DNA of 32,945 bases from Gemmatimonadota bacterium. Its GTDB lineage: Bacteria; Gemmatimonadota; Gemmatimonadetes; Palauibacterales; Palauibacteraceae. The stretch lies in assembly GCA_023554435.1 (NCBI GenBank), contig JAMJQV010000054.1:1-32945 (forward strand), read 5' to 3'. Of this stretch, positions 1-7,904 are shown piece after piece. Under the pieces are notes generated by a model. That model made no database searches. It was not told the DNA's origin and saw only the letters and a program-made list of their open reading frames with translations. The number at the start of each line of letters is the position of its first letter. Position 1 is the first letter of the stretch. The position numbers and the translations under genes are program-made.

Positions 1-329
1 ACCAGGTCGGCCTCCCAGATCATCAGGAGCCGGGGCAGAACGGCCAGCAATTCGCCGACCTGCTCCGTGAGGGGTGGAATCAGCAGGAAACCCACGCCCC
101 AGAAGGCCACCACCGTGAGGACGACGCCCGACGCGATGCCGAGGGGCCGGGGCAACCTGAGCCTGCGCTGGAACCAGTCCGTGAGGGCACTCAGGTATAC
201 GGCCAGCAGTACCGCGATGAAGAACAGGATCAGGAGTTCGGACGATTTCCAGGCGAACAGAAGAAGGAGGACGACGGCCAGGGCGCCCAGTACGATCTGG
301 AACCAGCCACGAGCGCGCGTATCAGACAT
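1..329 (-). CDS. AI-2E family transporter (PerM/YhhT-like, UPF0118). N-terminal part only; the gene continues past the window start.
   Basis: Not in the ORF track because no stop lies in the window. My translation of the reverse complement from the ATG at 329..327 gives MSDTRARGWFQIVLGALAVVLLLLFAWKSSELLILFFIAVLLAVYLSALTDWFQRRLRLPRPLGIASGVVLTVVAFWGVGFLLIPPLTEQVGELLAVLPRL. Two TM helices, a basic loop (RRLRLPRPL), then TM and a P-L-x-x-Q segment are typical of AI-2E/PerM N-termini. Codon position 3 is G/C rich, like the neighbouring genes. Confidence 0.55.
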   Translation of the reverse strand, partial: MSDTRARGWFQIVLGALAVVLLLLFAWKSSELLILFFIAVLLAVYLSALTDWFQRRLRLPRPLGIASGVVLTVVAFWGVGFLLIPPLTEQVGELLAVLPRLLMIWEADL

Positions 330-353
330 GGACCCGAATCCCGGTGTCCTCGA

Positions 354-405
354 GAGCCCGCGCCGGGTGGCGCGGGCTCCGGGTTGTTCCGGCCTGAGCG
401 GCCGG
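354..405 (-). terminator. Two tandem GC-rich stem-loops immediately downstream of the pspA stop. Possible terminator or RNA-stabilising structure with no U-tract.
   Basis: GAGCCCGCGCC (354-364), loop GGGT, GGCGCGGGCTC (369-379) form a perfect 11-bp stem. CCGGCC (389-394), loop TGAGC, GGCCGG (400-405) form a 6-bp stem. Both lie in the 81-nt gap between the pspA stop (411) and the next start (329). No T-run follows on the minus strand. Confidence 0.4.
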
Positions 406-410
406 AGCAG

Positions 411-1241
411 CTATTGCTTCGGCTCTTCTACTTCCTCGGCCGTAATGTCGTCGGATTCGTCGCCCGGCTCTGACTCGTCCGCGTCGAGAATCTCGGCATC
501 GGCCACCTCCACTTCACCGGCGCCCAGGGCCCTCGGTTTCTCCGCTGCGGCCGCCGGAGCCAGCAGCCCCATGTCGCGTTTCAGGGCCAGCAGCTTCTCG
601 TCCACGTCGGTGTCGGTGCCGGACCCCTCGAGCATCGCGAACTCGCGCGTCAGATCGTCGCCTTCGAGGTCTTCGGTGACTTCGGCCGCGGCCAGCGCCT
701 TCCGCTCGCTCTCCTCGACCTTCTCCACCATCTGGTCGAAGGCCCGGAATGCGCTCTTGTCCTGCATCCCGGCCATCGTCTCGTGGATCCGCTTCTGGGC
801 CTGGGCCCGCTTCTGCTTCGCGATCAGGAGGTTCTTCTTGCGCTTGGCCTCCTCGATCTTCGAATTCAGCTGCCGCAGAGAATCCTTGAGCCTCTCGGTT
901 TCGGCCCGGTGCTTCTCCCACTGCTCTTCCATCTCGGCCGCGTTGTTGGCGTGCTCCTGGCCCCTCATCAGGGCCTGCTTCGCCAGGTCGTCACGACCTT
1001 CGCGGATGGCCAGTCGAGCCCGACGCTCCCACTCCTGGGCCTGTTTCCGCTCTTCTTCCATCTGCGCCCGCAGCTTGCGCTCGTCCGCGATGGCAACGGC
1101 CACTTCCTGCTTGGCCTGAGCCAGCTGCTTGCGCATGTCCTCGATGACCTGGACCAGCATCTTCTCCGGGTTCTCGGCCCGGGCAATCAGGTCGTTGAGG
1201 TTCGACCGCACGAGGCGGGAGAGTCTATCGAAGATACCCAT
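411..1241 (-). CDS. pspA: PspA/IM30 (Vipp1) family membrane-stress protein with an acidic C-terminal tail.
   Basis: 276 aa. The N-terminus MGIFDRLSRLVRSNLNDLIARAENPEKMLVQVIEDMRKQLAQAK is the hallmark PspA_IM30 start. Long coiled-coil heptads follow. The C-terminal ~40 aa are strongly acidic (DADESEPGDESDDITAEEVEEPKQ). Confidence 0.92.
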   Translation of the reverse strand: MGIFDRLSRLVRSNLNDLIARAENPEKMLVQVIEDMRKQLAQAKQEVAVAIADERKLRAQMEEERKQAQEWERRARLAIREGRDDLAKQALMRGQEHANNAAEMEEQWEKHRAETERLKDSLRQLNSKIEEAKRKKNLLIAKQKRAQAQKRIHETMAGMQDKSAFRAFDQMVEKVEESERKALAAAEVTEDLEGDDLTREFAMLEGSGTDTDVDEKLLALKRDMGLLAPAAAAEKPRALGAGEVEVADAEILDADESEPGDESDDITAEEVEEPKQ

Positions 1242-1248
1242 GGCGGCG

Positions 1249-1641
1249 TCAGTCCAGTCCGAGTTGCTGTACGTGCGACGTCACGGCCAGAGAGAGGCTC
1301 TCCAGGGACGCGAGAAACTCCGAATAGTCCAGGTCCTGGAGTTCGAGGGCATCGACCAGGATGACCTCATCACCCTCCAGTCCGTACGCTCCGTGCACGA
1401 GGTCGGAGGCATTCAGCTCCAGGAGCGTCTGGTACAGCTTGAGGCGTGCGTGATCGCCTTCCGGTGCCGTGCCAATGCTGGCGCGGAAGATCACCAGCGG
1501 AGGCGACAGGCTCACCACGACCGCAGGGTGGTCTTCCTCGGCATCCTTCACGGGATCGACGAGCCACATCGCTTCCCCGATCTCCCGGTTATCCATCTCC
1601 GTTCGGATGAGAAAGCTCTCCAGGTCTTCGCGGCTGATCAT
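1249..1641 (-). CDS. Small acidic soluble protein, YbjN / T3SS-chaperone-like. The family assignment is tentative.
   Basis: 130 aa with no TM segment. The pattern (DLESFL..., WLV..., VVVSLSPPLVIFRASIG, LYQTLLELNASDLVHGAYGLEGDEVILVDALELQDLDYSEF) resembles YbjN-type 'sensory transduction regulator' domains as I recall them. A 4-nt ATGA overlap joins it to the upstream ORF (1638-1641), and 7 nt separate it from the pspA start. Confidence 0.5.
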   Translation of the reverse strand: MISREDLESFLIRTEMDNREIGEAMWLVDPVKDAEEDHPAVVVSLSPPLVIFRASIGTAPEGDHARLKLYQTLLELNASDLVHGAYGLEGDEVILVDALELQDLDYSEFLASLESLSLAVTSHVQQLGLD

Positions 1642-1907
1642 GTTATCTCTTCCTCACTGTGCGCGGGCGGATTGTTCGCCGGCCGGTGTTCGAGCAGGCG
1701 CGTCAGGAACTCCTGGTTCTCCTGGATTCCCTCGACCTGCTCCACAAGGTACATGACCTGCTGTTCGAGCTCTTCGAGCCGACCCGCCTGTTCCGGCTCT
1801 TTCGGCAGCGCTTCTCGCGCGGCCTTGGTTTCGATCGCCTTCGCGATCGCCTGTCCTATGGGAACGACCACGAAGAACACGAGAATGATCAATACGAAGA
1901 AGTTCAC
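1638..1907 (-). CDS. Small bitopic membrane protein (N-terminal TM plus acidic helical segment), PspB-like in architecture.
   Basis: 89 aa with a GTG start at 1907. The TM segment is FFVLIILVFFVVVPIGQAIA. It is followed by RLEELEQQVMYLVEQVEGIQENQEFLTRLLEH, which is comparable in layout to 74-aa E. coli PspB (TM plus leucine-zipper-like helix). It is the first gene of the pspA-containing unit. Confidence 0.45.
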   Translation of the reverse strand: MNFFVLIILVFFVVVPIGQAIAKAIETKAAREALPKEPEQAGRLEELEQQVMYLVEQVEGIQENQEFLTRLLEHRPANNPPAHSEEEIT

Positions 1908-1951
1908 GTGCCGTCCGCACTCCAGGTGACCGTTCGGTAAACGCTATACGG

Positions 1952-1971
1952 AAGCCGGCCCCCGCCGGTTT
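1952..1971 (-). terminator. Weak stem-loop downstream of uvrA; possible terminator.
   Basis: AAGCCGGC (1952-1959), loop CCCC, GCCGGTTT (1964-1971). It lies in the 132-nt uvrA / psp-module intergenic region. Only a TT follows on the minus strand, so support is weak. Confidence 0.25.
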
Positions 1972-2039
1972 CGCTCGCTTCCCGCTGTCCTTCGAAGTCT
2001 TCTACTTTAACCCGGTGCGCCGGCCCGATCAACGAGGGG

Positions 2040-4874
2040 TCAGAGGATATCGCGCAGGTAGTGGCCGGTGTGGCTTCCGGCGGTGCCAGCCACTTCTTCC
2101 GGCGTTCCCGCGGCGACCACCATTCCGCCCCCGGAACCGCCCTCCGGCCCCAGGTCGATGATCCAATCGGCCGTCTTCACCACGTCCATGTGGTGCTCGA
2201 TCACGAGTACCGTGTTCCCCAGTTCGACCAGCCGGTGCAGCACCTCGAGCAGGATACGGACGTCTTCGAAGTGGAGACCAGTCGTCGGCTCATCCAAAAT
2301 GTACAGGGTCCGACCGGTCCCCCGCTTCGAGAGCTCCGACGCGAGCTTGACTCTCTGGGCCTCTCCACCCGAAAGCGTCGTGGCTGACTGGCCAAGGTGA
2401 ATGTACCCCAGACCCACGTCCGACAGGGTCGAGAGGTGTCGTTTCACGCGTGGAATGGGATCGAAGAACTCGAGCACCTCGTCCACGGTCATGTCGAGCA
2501 CGTCCGCGATGCTCTTCCCCTTGTACAGGACTTCCAGGGTCTCGCGATTGTAGCGCCGCCCACGGCATACGTCGCACGGCACGTACACATCCGGCAGGAA
2601 GTGCATCTCGATCTTCACCAGGCCGTCGCCCCGGCACGCTTCGCAGCGACCACCCTTGACGTTGAAGCTGAAACGGCCCGGACCGTAGCCGCGGATGCGG
2701 GCTTCCGGAAGCTGGGAGTAAAGCTGCCGAATGGGTGTGAACAGGCCCGTGTAGGTGGCGGGGTTCGAGCGTGGAGTCCGTCCGATGGGGCTCTGGTCCA
2801 CGTCGATGACCTTGTCCACCAGGTCCAGCCCCTCGATCGACTCGTGGGCTCCCGGCACCGTGCGAGCCCGGTGAAGCTCGCGCGCCACGCGCCGGTACAG
2901 CACGTCTTCCACCAGGGTCGATTTCCCGGACCCCGACACGCCGGTCACGGCGATGAACCGACCGAGTGGAAAGGACACATCGAGGTTGCGGAGGTTGTGC
3001 TCGGTCGCCCCACGGACCACGAGCGCCTCTCCGTCCCGCCCGGCCTTCCGCTCGCTCGGTACCGGGATCTCCCTGTCTCCGCGGAGATAGGCGGCGGTGA
3101 GCGAGTCCTCCGTCGCGAGCAGTTCGTCCACGGTTCCCGAGACGAGAACCTCCCCGCCATGCCGGCCGGCCCCCGGGCCCATGTCCACGACGTGATCGGC
3201 AGCCCGTACCGTATCCTCGTCGTGCTCGACGACCAGGACCGTGTTCCCGAGGTCCCTGAGTTGAAGAAGAGTATCCAGGAGGCGGCGATTGTCCCGCGGG
3301 TGGAGGCCGATGCTCGGCTCGTCCAGGACGTAGAGAACACCGACCAGTCGACTCCCGATCTGCGTAGCCAGGCGAATTCGCTGCGCCTCGCCACCCGCCA
3401 ACGAATCAGCGGAGCGGCCCAGGGTCAGGTAGCCAAGACCCACCTGGGCCATGAAATTCAGGCGCTCGCAGACTTCCTTGAGGATCGGCGCCGCGATTTC
3501 CTCTTCCAGCGGCTCGGCGGTTCGACCTGCCTGCAGGCCCTCGAACAGCGCCAGGGCGTCGCTCACGGACAGTTCTACGACCGCCGTGAGGCGGCGGCCG
3601 TCGACCGTCACCGCTCGACTCTCAGCCCGCAGTCGGCCACCCTCGCAATCCGAGCATACACGGGCCGTCATGTACTCGTGGAGGGTCCTGCGAACGGTGT
3701 CGCTGTCCGTCTCGTGGTACTGCCGCCGAATCAGTTCGAGTGCACCCTCCCACTCCAGCTCGGGGTCGCCCTCCAGGACCGCGGCCTGCTGATCGTCCGT
3801 GAGCTCGCCCCACGGGCTGTTGAGGTCGAAGCCGTGCTTCTCGGCGAGCGGCGGCAGGAACTTCCGCGCCCAGCGCCCGGCGGGTACCCCCCACGGCAGG
3901 ATGACCCCTTCGAGAATGGAAATCCGAGCATCGCCGATCGATAGATCACGGTTCGGCTCGAGGCGCACTCCGAGGCCGTCGCAGGACGGACAGGCTCCGT
4001 AGGGAGAGTTGAACGAGAACTGCCGCGGCTCGAGTTCGGGAATGCTGATGCCACACTCGGCGCAGGCGTAGTGCTCACTGAACAGGTGTCGCTCCGCCGT
4101 TGAATCGCTGGACCCGGCTCCTGAAGCGTACTCCAGCACTTCCACCGTGCCAGCCGCCATGCGGAGGGCCGTCTCCACGGATTCGGCGATCCGGGCCCTT
4201 TCGCTCTCCTTGAGAACCAGCCGATCCACCACCACCGAGATGTCGTGGTTCAGGCGGCGGTTCAGTTGTGGAGGCTCCGAAAGGTCGATCAGGTCTCCGT
4301 CCACCCGCGCGCGGACGAACCCCTCCTGCAGGGCCTCCTCGAACAGGTCACGGAACTCCCCTTTTCGGCCCCTGATGAGAGGGGCGAGGATCTCAATGCT
4401 GGTGCCATCGGGCCACGTGGCGATACGGGTCGCGATCTGCGTGGCGGATTGACGCCGCACCGGCTTGCCGCAGTCCGGACAGTGGGGCGTCCCTACCCGG
4501 GCCCACAGGAGTCGCAGGTAGTCGTAGATCTCGGTAACGGTCCGGACCGTGCTCCGCGGGTTCCTGGCGGCTGATCGTTGCTCGATCGCGATGGCCGGGG
4601 AGAGGCCGTCGATCTGGTCGACGTCCGGCTTCTCCATCACCCCGAGGAACTGGCGGGCGTACGCCGAGAGCGATTCAACGTACCGCCTCTGTCCCTCGGC
4701 ATAGATCGTGTCGAAGGCCAGCGAAGACTTACCTGACCCGGAGAGCCCGGTCACCACGGTGAGCTGATTCCTCGGGATCGCGACGTCTACGTCCCTCAGG
4801 TTGTGCTCACGCGCTCCACGTACGACGAGGTGTCCGGCTTCGTGCTGGCTCAATCGACCGTCTCTCCCCGCCAC
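2040..4874 (-). CDS. uvrA: Excinuclease ABC subunit A.
   Basis: 944 aa. It has [15 protein letters not shown], two Walker A motifs ([18 protein letters not shown]), two ABC signatures (LSGGEAQR twice) and Zn-finger cysteines ([35 protein letters not shown]). An alternative TTG start at 4853 would give a TTGA overlap with the lysA stop. Confidence 0.97.
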   Translation of the reverse strand: MAGRDGRLSQHEAGHLVVRGAREHNLRDVDVAIPRNQLTVVTGLSGSGKSSLAFDTIYAEGQRRYVESLSAYARQFLGVMEKPDVDQIDGLSPAIAIEQRSAARNPRSTVRTVTEIYDYLRLLWARVGTPHCPDCGKPVRRQSATQIATRIATWPDGTSIEILAPLIRGRKGEFRDLFEEALQEGFVRARVDGDLIDLSEPPQLNRRLNHDISVVVDRLVLKESERARIAESVETALRMAAGTVEVLEYASGAGSSDSTAERHLFSEHYACAECGISIPELEPRQFSFNSPYGACPSCDGLGVRLEPNRDLSIGDARISILEGVILPWGVPAGRWARKFLPPLAEKHGFDLNSPWGELTDDQQAAVLEGDPELEWEGALELIRRQYHETDSDTVRRTLHEYMTARVCSDCEGGRLRAESRAVTVDGRRLTAVVELSVSDALALFEGLQAGRTAEPLEEEIAAPILKEVCERLNFMAQVGLGYLTLGRSADSLAGGEAQRIRLATQIGSRLVGVLYVLDEPSIGLHPRDNRRLLDTLLQLRDLGNTVLVVEHDEDTVRAADHVVDMGPGAGRHGGEVLVSGTVDELLATEDSLTAAYLRGDREIPVPSERKAGRDGEALVVRGATEHNLRNLDVSFPLGRFIAVTGVSGSGKSTLVEDVLYRRVARELHRARTVPGAHESIEGLDLVDKVIDVDQSPIGRTPRSNPATYTGLFTPIRQLYSQLPEARIRGYGPGRFSFNVKGGRCEACRGDGLVKIEMHFLPDVYVPCDVCRGRRYNRETLEVLYKGKSIADVLDMTVDEVLEFFDPIPRVKRHLSTLSDVGLGYIHLGQSATTLSGGEAQRVKLASELSKRGTGRTLYILDEPTTGLHFEDVRILLEVLHRLVELGNTVLVIEHHMDVVKTADWIIDLGPEGGSGGGMVVAAGTPEEVAGTAGSHTGHYLRDIL

Positions 4875-6088
4875 AGGTCCTCGAGGGTCTCTCGCTCACG
4901 AACCACCTTCCACCCCTCGTCGTCCACCAGGATCTCGGCCGGTCGGGGACGGGCGTTGTAGTTGGAGGCCATCACGAATCCATACGCGCCCACATCACGG
5001 ACGGCGAGGAGGTCGCCCGGTCGCACCCCGTGAAGCGGACGGTCCGTGCCCAGCTTGTCTCCGGACTCACACGTGGGCCCGAGCACTTCCACCGTGTCGG
5101 ACCCCTCCAGCGTCCCCTCCAGCGGTTCGATCCGGTGCTGGGCGCCATACAGAGAGTAACGGCCGAAGTCGGTGAATTCGCCGTCGCACACCAGGGCCGG
5201 ATGACCGTCCCTCTCGCGCCGGTACAGGACCCTCGTGACCAGGGTGCCCGCGCGTGCGGCGATCGAGCGGCCGGGCTCGTAGCGGACCGCGAGGTCCGTC
5301 CCCTCGAGACGCTCCCGAACGATGCGTACGAGGTCCGCCGGTTCCAGGTCGGTCCCGGTGCCGCCATACGCCACGCCGAGGCCACCCCCCAGGTCCAGCT
5401 CGCGGACCCTGTGCCCCGCGGAGGCCAGCTCCTGGACGAGGCCCAGCAGAACGTCGATCGCGCCCTCGTAGGGCTCGAACGAGTCGAGGCCCGATCCCAG
5501 GTGAAAGGCCAGGGTCGTCGGCTCGACCCCTTTCGCCCCGGCGAGGGCAGCCCACGTCGCCGGGATCTCGGCAGGACCGAAGCCGAACTTCGCGTCGGCC
5601 CGCCCGGTCTCCAGCGAAGGGTGGGCACCGGCCCGTATGCCCGGCCGCACCCTGAGGCCCACTCGTGCCGGCGGACCCTCGAGCGAGTCCCCCGCCCGAA
5701 CCGCGGCTTCCACCTCGTGTTGGGCTTGCAGTACCACCAGGTCCAGGCCCCGCCGGACACCCTCCGCGACCGCCTCCGCAGGCTTGGGTACCCCTCCGAG
5801 CACGATACGTCCGGCCTGGACTCCAGCGGCGAGGGTTCGGGCCATTTCACCCACCGTCGACGCCTCGAATCCGATCCCATGTGACGCCAGCCGGGCCAGC
5901 ACGCCCAGGTTATAGTTGGCCTTCACCGCATAGCAGATGTGCGACGGATCGCCGACCGCCTCGATCCACCGGCGGACGCCGGCGTCGAGAATCCGCGCGT
6001 CGTACACGTAGGTTGGCGTTCCCTGCTCGCGAACGATCGCCGCGAGAAGTTCGGGGTCGAGACTCGTGTCTGGTCGTACGGTCAACAT
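4850..6088 (-). CDS. lysA: Diaminopimelate decarboxylase.
   Basis: The track ORF 4850..6592 is trimmed to the internal ATG at 6088 ([19 protein letters not shown]...). The upstream 168 codons are R/S/W-rich and overlap the lipid kinase gene in another frame. Motifs: YAVKANYN (PLP lysine), [36 protein letters not shown]. Length is 412 aa. Confidence 0.9.
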   Translation of the reverse strand: MLTVRPDTSLDPELLAAIVREQGTPTYVYDARILDAGVRRWIEAVGDPSHICYAVKANYNLGVLARLASHGIGFEASTVGEMARTLAAGVQAGRIVLGGVPKPAEAVAEGVRRGLDLVVLQAQHEVEAAVRAGDSLEGPPARVGLRVRPGIRAGAHPSLETGRADAKFGFGPAEIPATWAALAGAKGVEPTTLAFHLGSGLDSFEPYEGAIDVLLGLVQELASAGHRVRELDLGGGLGVAYGGTGTDLEPADLVRIVRERLEGTDLAVRYEPGRSIAARAGTLVTRVLYRRERDGHPALVCDGEFTDFGRYSLYGAQHRIEPLEGTLEGSDTVEVLGPTCESGDKLGTDRPLHGVRPGDLLAVRDVGAYGFVMASNYNARPRPAEILVDDEGWKVVRERETLEDLWRGETVD

Positions 6089-6131
6089 GCGCACTCGCCT
6101 TCGGGAAGATCCGCTAGCGCCCGGATCGATG

Positions 6132-7052
6132 TCAGCGGGGAACCAGGATGCGCCCGGCGGAGGGCACGATCTCGGCCACGATCGGAGTCTCTCCTCTCGG
6201 CTCACCGTCGATCTGCGCAGCGACGGGCGGGTCGGATTGCACGGAGACCTTGCGGGCCTGCAGGAAGACCATCCGGTCGTCGCCCGAGTACTTCTGGAAC
6301 ACGACCCGGGTAAGCATCGCCGCCATGTCGGGAAGATGTCGCGGCGCGAAGATCGCCACGTCCAGCAGTCCGTCCTGGAACGACGTCCGCGGTGCCACCT
6401 TGAGCTCGACCGGCAGACCTCCGGCTCCGATGATCCCGGCATTGGCCAGGAGCACCATGGAAGCCTCGACCTCGATCTCCTGTTCGTCGGCCACGATGTG
6501 GAAGGTGGTACGACTCGGGGTGACCACGTGTTTGAGTCCGCCCACCAGGTAGGCCAGCACGCCGAGCCGGCTCTTGAGCTCCGACGTGGCACTTGCCATC
6601 ACTTCCGCATCGAGACCCGCCCCGGCGATCAGAGCGAAGTACTCGTCGCCGATCCTTCCGAGGTCGATGCGCTCGGTCTCTCCCTCGACGGCCACCCGGA
6701 CACTGTCTTCCAGTGAAACCGGAACGCCAAAGTTGAGGGCCAGCTGGTTTCCGGTGCCGAACGGAAGCAGAGCGACCGGCACGTCACTGCCAGCGGTTCC
6801 GCGCAGGGCCAGGGCAATGGTGCCGTCCCCACCCGCCGCCACCACCGCCTTGCACCCGGCTGCGACCGCGGCATGAACGACCCGAAGGCCGTCTTCGACA
6901 CTGGTGGACTCGACGATATCGAATGGAACCCTGTGCGACGCCATCGCACCCGCGATGCGGCGACGCAGCACTTCGCTCTGCCCCCCCGCCGCGTTGGGAT
7001 TGAGCAGGACCAGGTATCGGTCCGAGTCCGGTATCGGGTAGTCAGACTCCAC
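6132..7052 (-). CDS. Diacylglycerol-kinase-catalytic-domain lipid kinase (YegS/BmrU family).
   Basis: YLVLLNPNAAGG...AVVAAGGDGTI...LPFGTGNQLA is the DAGK_cat signature. The ORF extends to an ATG at 7127, but that would overlap htpX by 86 nt. A GTG at 7052 (VESDYPIPDSDRYLVLLNP) gives an 11-nt overlap and a normal N-terminus. The start is uncertain. Confidence 0.8.
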   Translation of the reverse strand: MESDYPIPDSDRYLVLLNPNAAGGQSEVLRRRIAGAMASHRVPFDIVESTSVEDGLRVVHAAVAAGCKAVVAAGGDGTIALALRGTAGSDVPVALLPFGTGNQLALNFGVPVSLEDSVRVAVEGETERIDLGRIGDEYFALIAGAGLDAEVMASATSELKSRLGVLAYLVGGLKHVVTPSRTTFHIVADEQEIEVEASMVLLANAGIIGAGGLPVELKVAPRTSFQDGLLDVAIFAPRHLPDMAAMLTRVVFQKYSGDDRMVFLQARKVSVQSDPPVAAQIDGEPRGETPIVAEIVPSAGRILVPR

Positions 7053-7872
7053 GCCGGGCAATCTCCTCCAGTCGCCGCACCCGTTCCTCCGTCGGAGGAT
7101 GGGTGCGGAACAGGCCGCTGATGCCACCCGCCCTCAGCGGGTTCACGATGGCCAGGTGCGCGGCGCTCGGGTTCAGGTCCATCGGTCGGCGGCGGGCTTC
7201 GGCCTCCAGCTTCTTCAACGCCGAGGCCAGGGCATGCGGTTGCCCGCTGATCTCCGCTCCCAGCCGGTCTGCCCGGTATTCTCCGGCCCGGCTGATGGCC
7301 ATCTGGATCAGCATCGCCGCGACGGGAGCCAGGATCAGCATCAACAGGCCACCCACCAGTCCGCCACGGTTGTCGTCTCCGCCGAACCAGAAGCCGAGAC
7401 GCGAGAGCATCACGACGGCCGCGGCCAGGGTGGCGGCCACGGTTCCGATCAGCATATCCCGGTTCTTGATGTGCGCAAGCTCGTGTCCGAGCACTCCCGC
7501 CAACTCGTCCGCGCTGGCGACCTGAAGCATTCCCTGGGTGACGCATACCGCTGCGTGGGCGGGGTCGCGGCCGGTGGCAAAGGCGTTCGGCTGTGGCGAC
7601 GCGGAGATCGCCACGGCCGGCATCGGCAGTCCGGCCCGCTGCCGGAGGTCGTCCACCATGTCGTACAGCCCGGGAGCCTCGTGCCGCTCGAGAGGGCGCG
7701 CCTTGTACATGCGAAGCACCGCACGATCCGAGAACCAGTAGGCGCCGAAGTTGAATACGGCCGCAAAGGCCAGCGCGATGATCATGGCCGTTCGCCCACC
7801 GAACCACCCGGCGATCGCCACGAACAGCGCCGTCATGAGGGCCATCAGGCCGAACGTCTTGATATAGCTCAT
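7042..7872 (-). CDS. htpX: M48-family zinc metalloprotease HtpX.
   Basis: 276 aa. It has TM helices at the N-terminus, a HELAHIKNRD zincin motif, two further TM helices, then EYRADRLGAE...HPPTEERV. Confidence 0.92.
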   Translation of the reverse strand: MSYIKTFGLMALMTALFVAIAGWFGGRTAMIIALAFAAVFNFGAYWFSDRAVLRMYKARPLERHEAPGLYDMVDDLRQRAGLPMPAVAISASPQPNAFATGRDPAHAAVCVTQGMLQVASADELAGVLGHELAHIKNRDMLIGTVAATLAAAVVMLSRLGFWFGGDDNRGGLVGGLLMLILAPVAAMLIQMAISRAGEYRADRLGAEISGQPHALASALKKLEAEARRRPMDLNPSAAHLAIVNPLRAGGISGLFRTHPPTEERVRRLEEIARRGV

Positions 7873-7877
7873 TCACC

Positions 7878-7884
7878 CACCTCC
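7878..7884 (-). promoter_or_regulatory. Shine-Dalgarno sequence for htpX.
   Basis: The minus strand reads GGAGGTG, then 5 nt, then ATG (7872). It lies in the 32-nt gap after the tamB stop. Confidence 0.55.
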
Positions 7885-7904
7885 AGGGGGGCAGGAATCT
7901 ACTG

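Noticed and set aside
1940-1960. Possible sigma-54 promoter upstream of the psp-like module. The minus strand reads CGGCTTCCGTATAGCG, with GG-N10-GC spacing.
   Set aside because: - Only the GG and GC dinucleotides match TGGCAC-N5-TTGC.
- The GG lies inside the hairpin stem at 1952-1971.
- No PspF-like activator gene is in the window.
- This is too weak to call.
4850-6592. 5'-extended versions of real genes as given by the track: lysA to 6592, thiS to 21093, thiE to 21809, ruvA to 27524, rhomboid to 31939, Omp85 to 14847, lgt to 15572, queA to 25698, YbbR to 17562, PASTA to 18601, rsmB to 20064.
   Set aside because: - The extensions run deep into the upstream gene in another frame.
- They have junk-like composition.
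- Internal ATG/GTG starts give family-typical N-termini and 1-14 nt overlaps.
6629-7876. Alternative-frame minus-strand ORFs: 6629-7876 (415 aa), 30747-32006 (419 aa), 32003-32866 (287 aa), 4972-5880, 17566-18051 and others.
   Set aside because: - They overlap htpX / the lipid kinase, the rhomboid, ddl, lysA and the PASTA gene in the wrong frame.
- Their composition is R/G/P/W-rich with no motifs.
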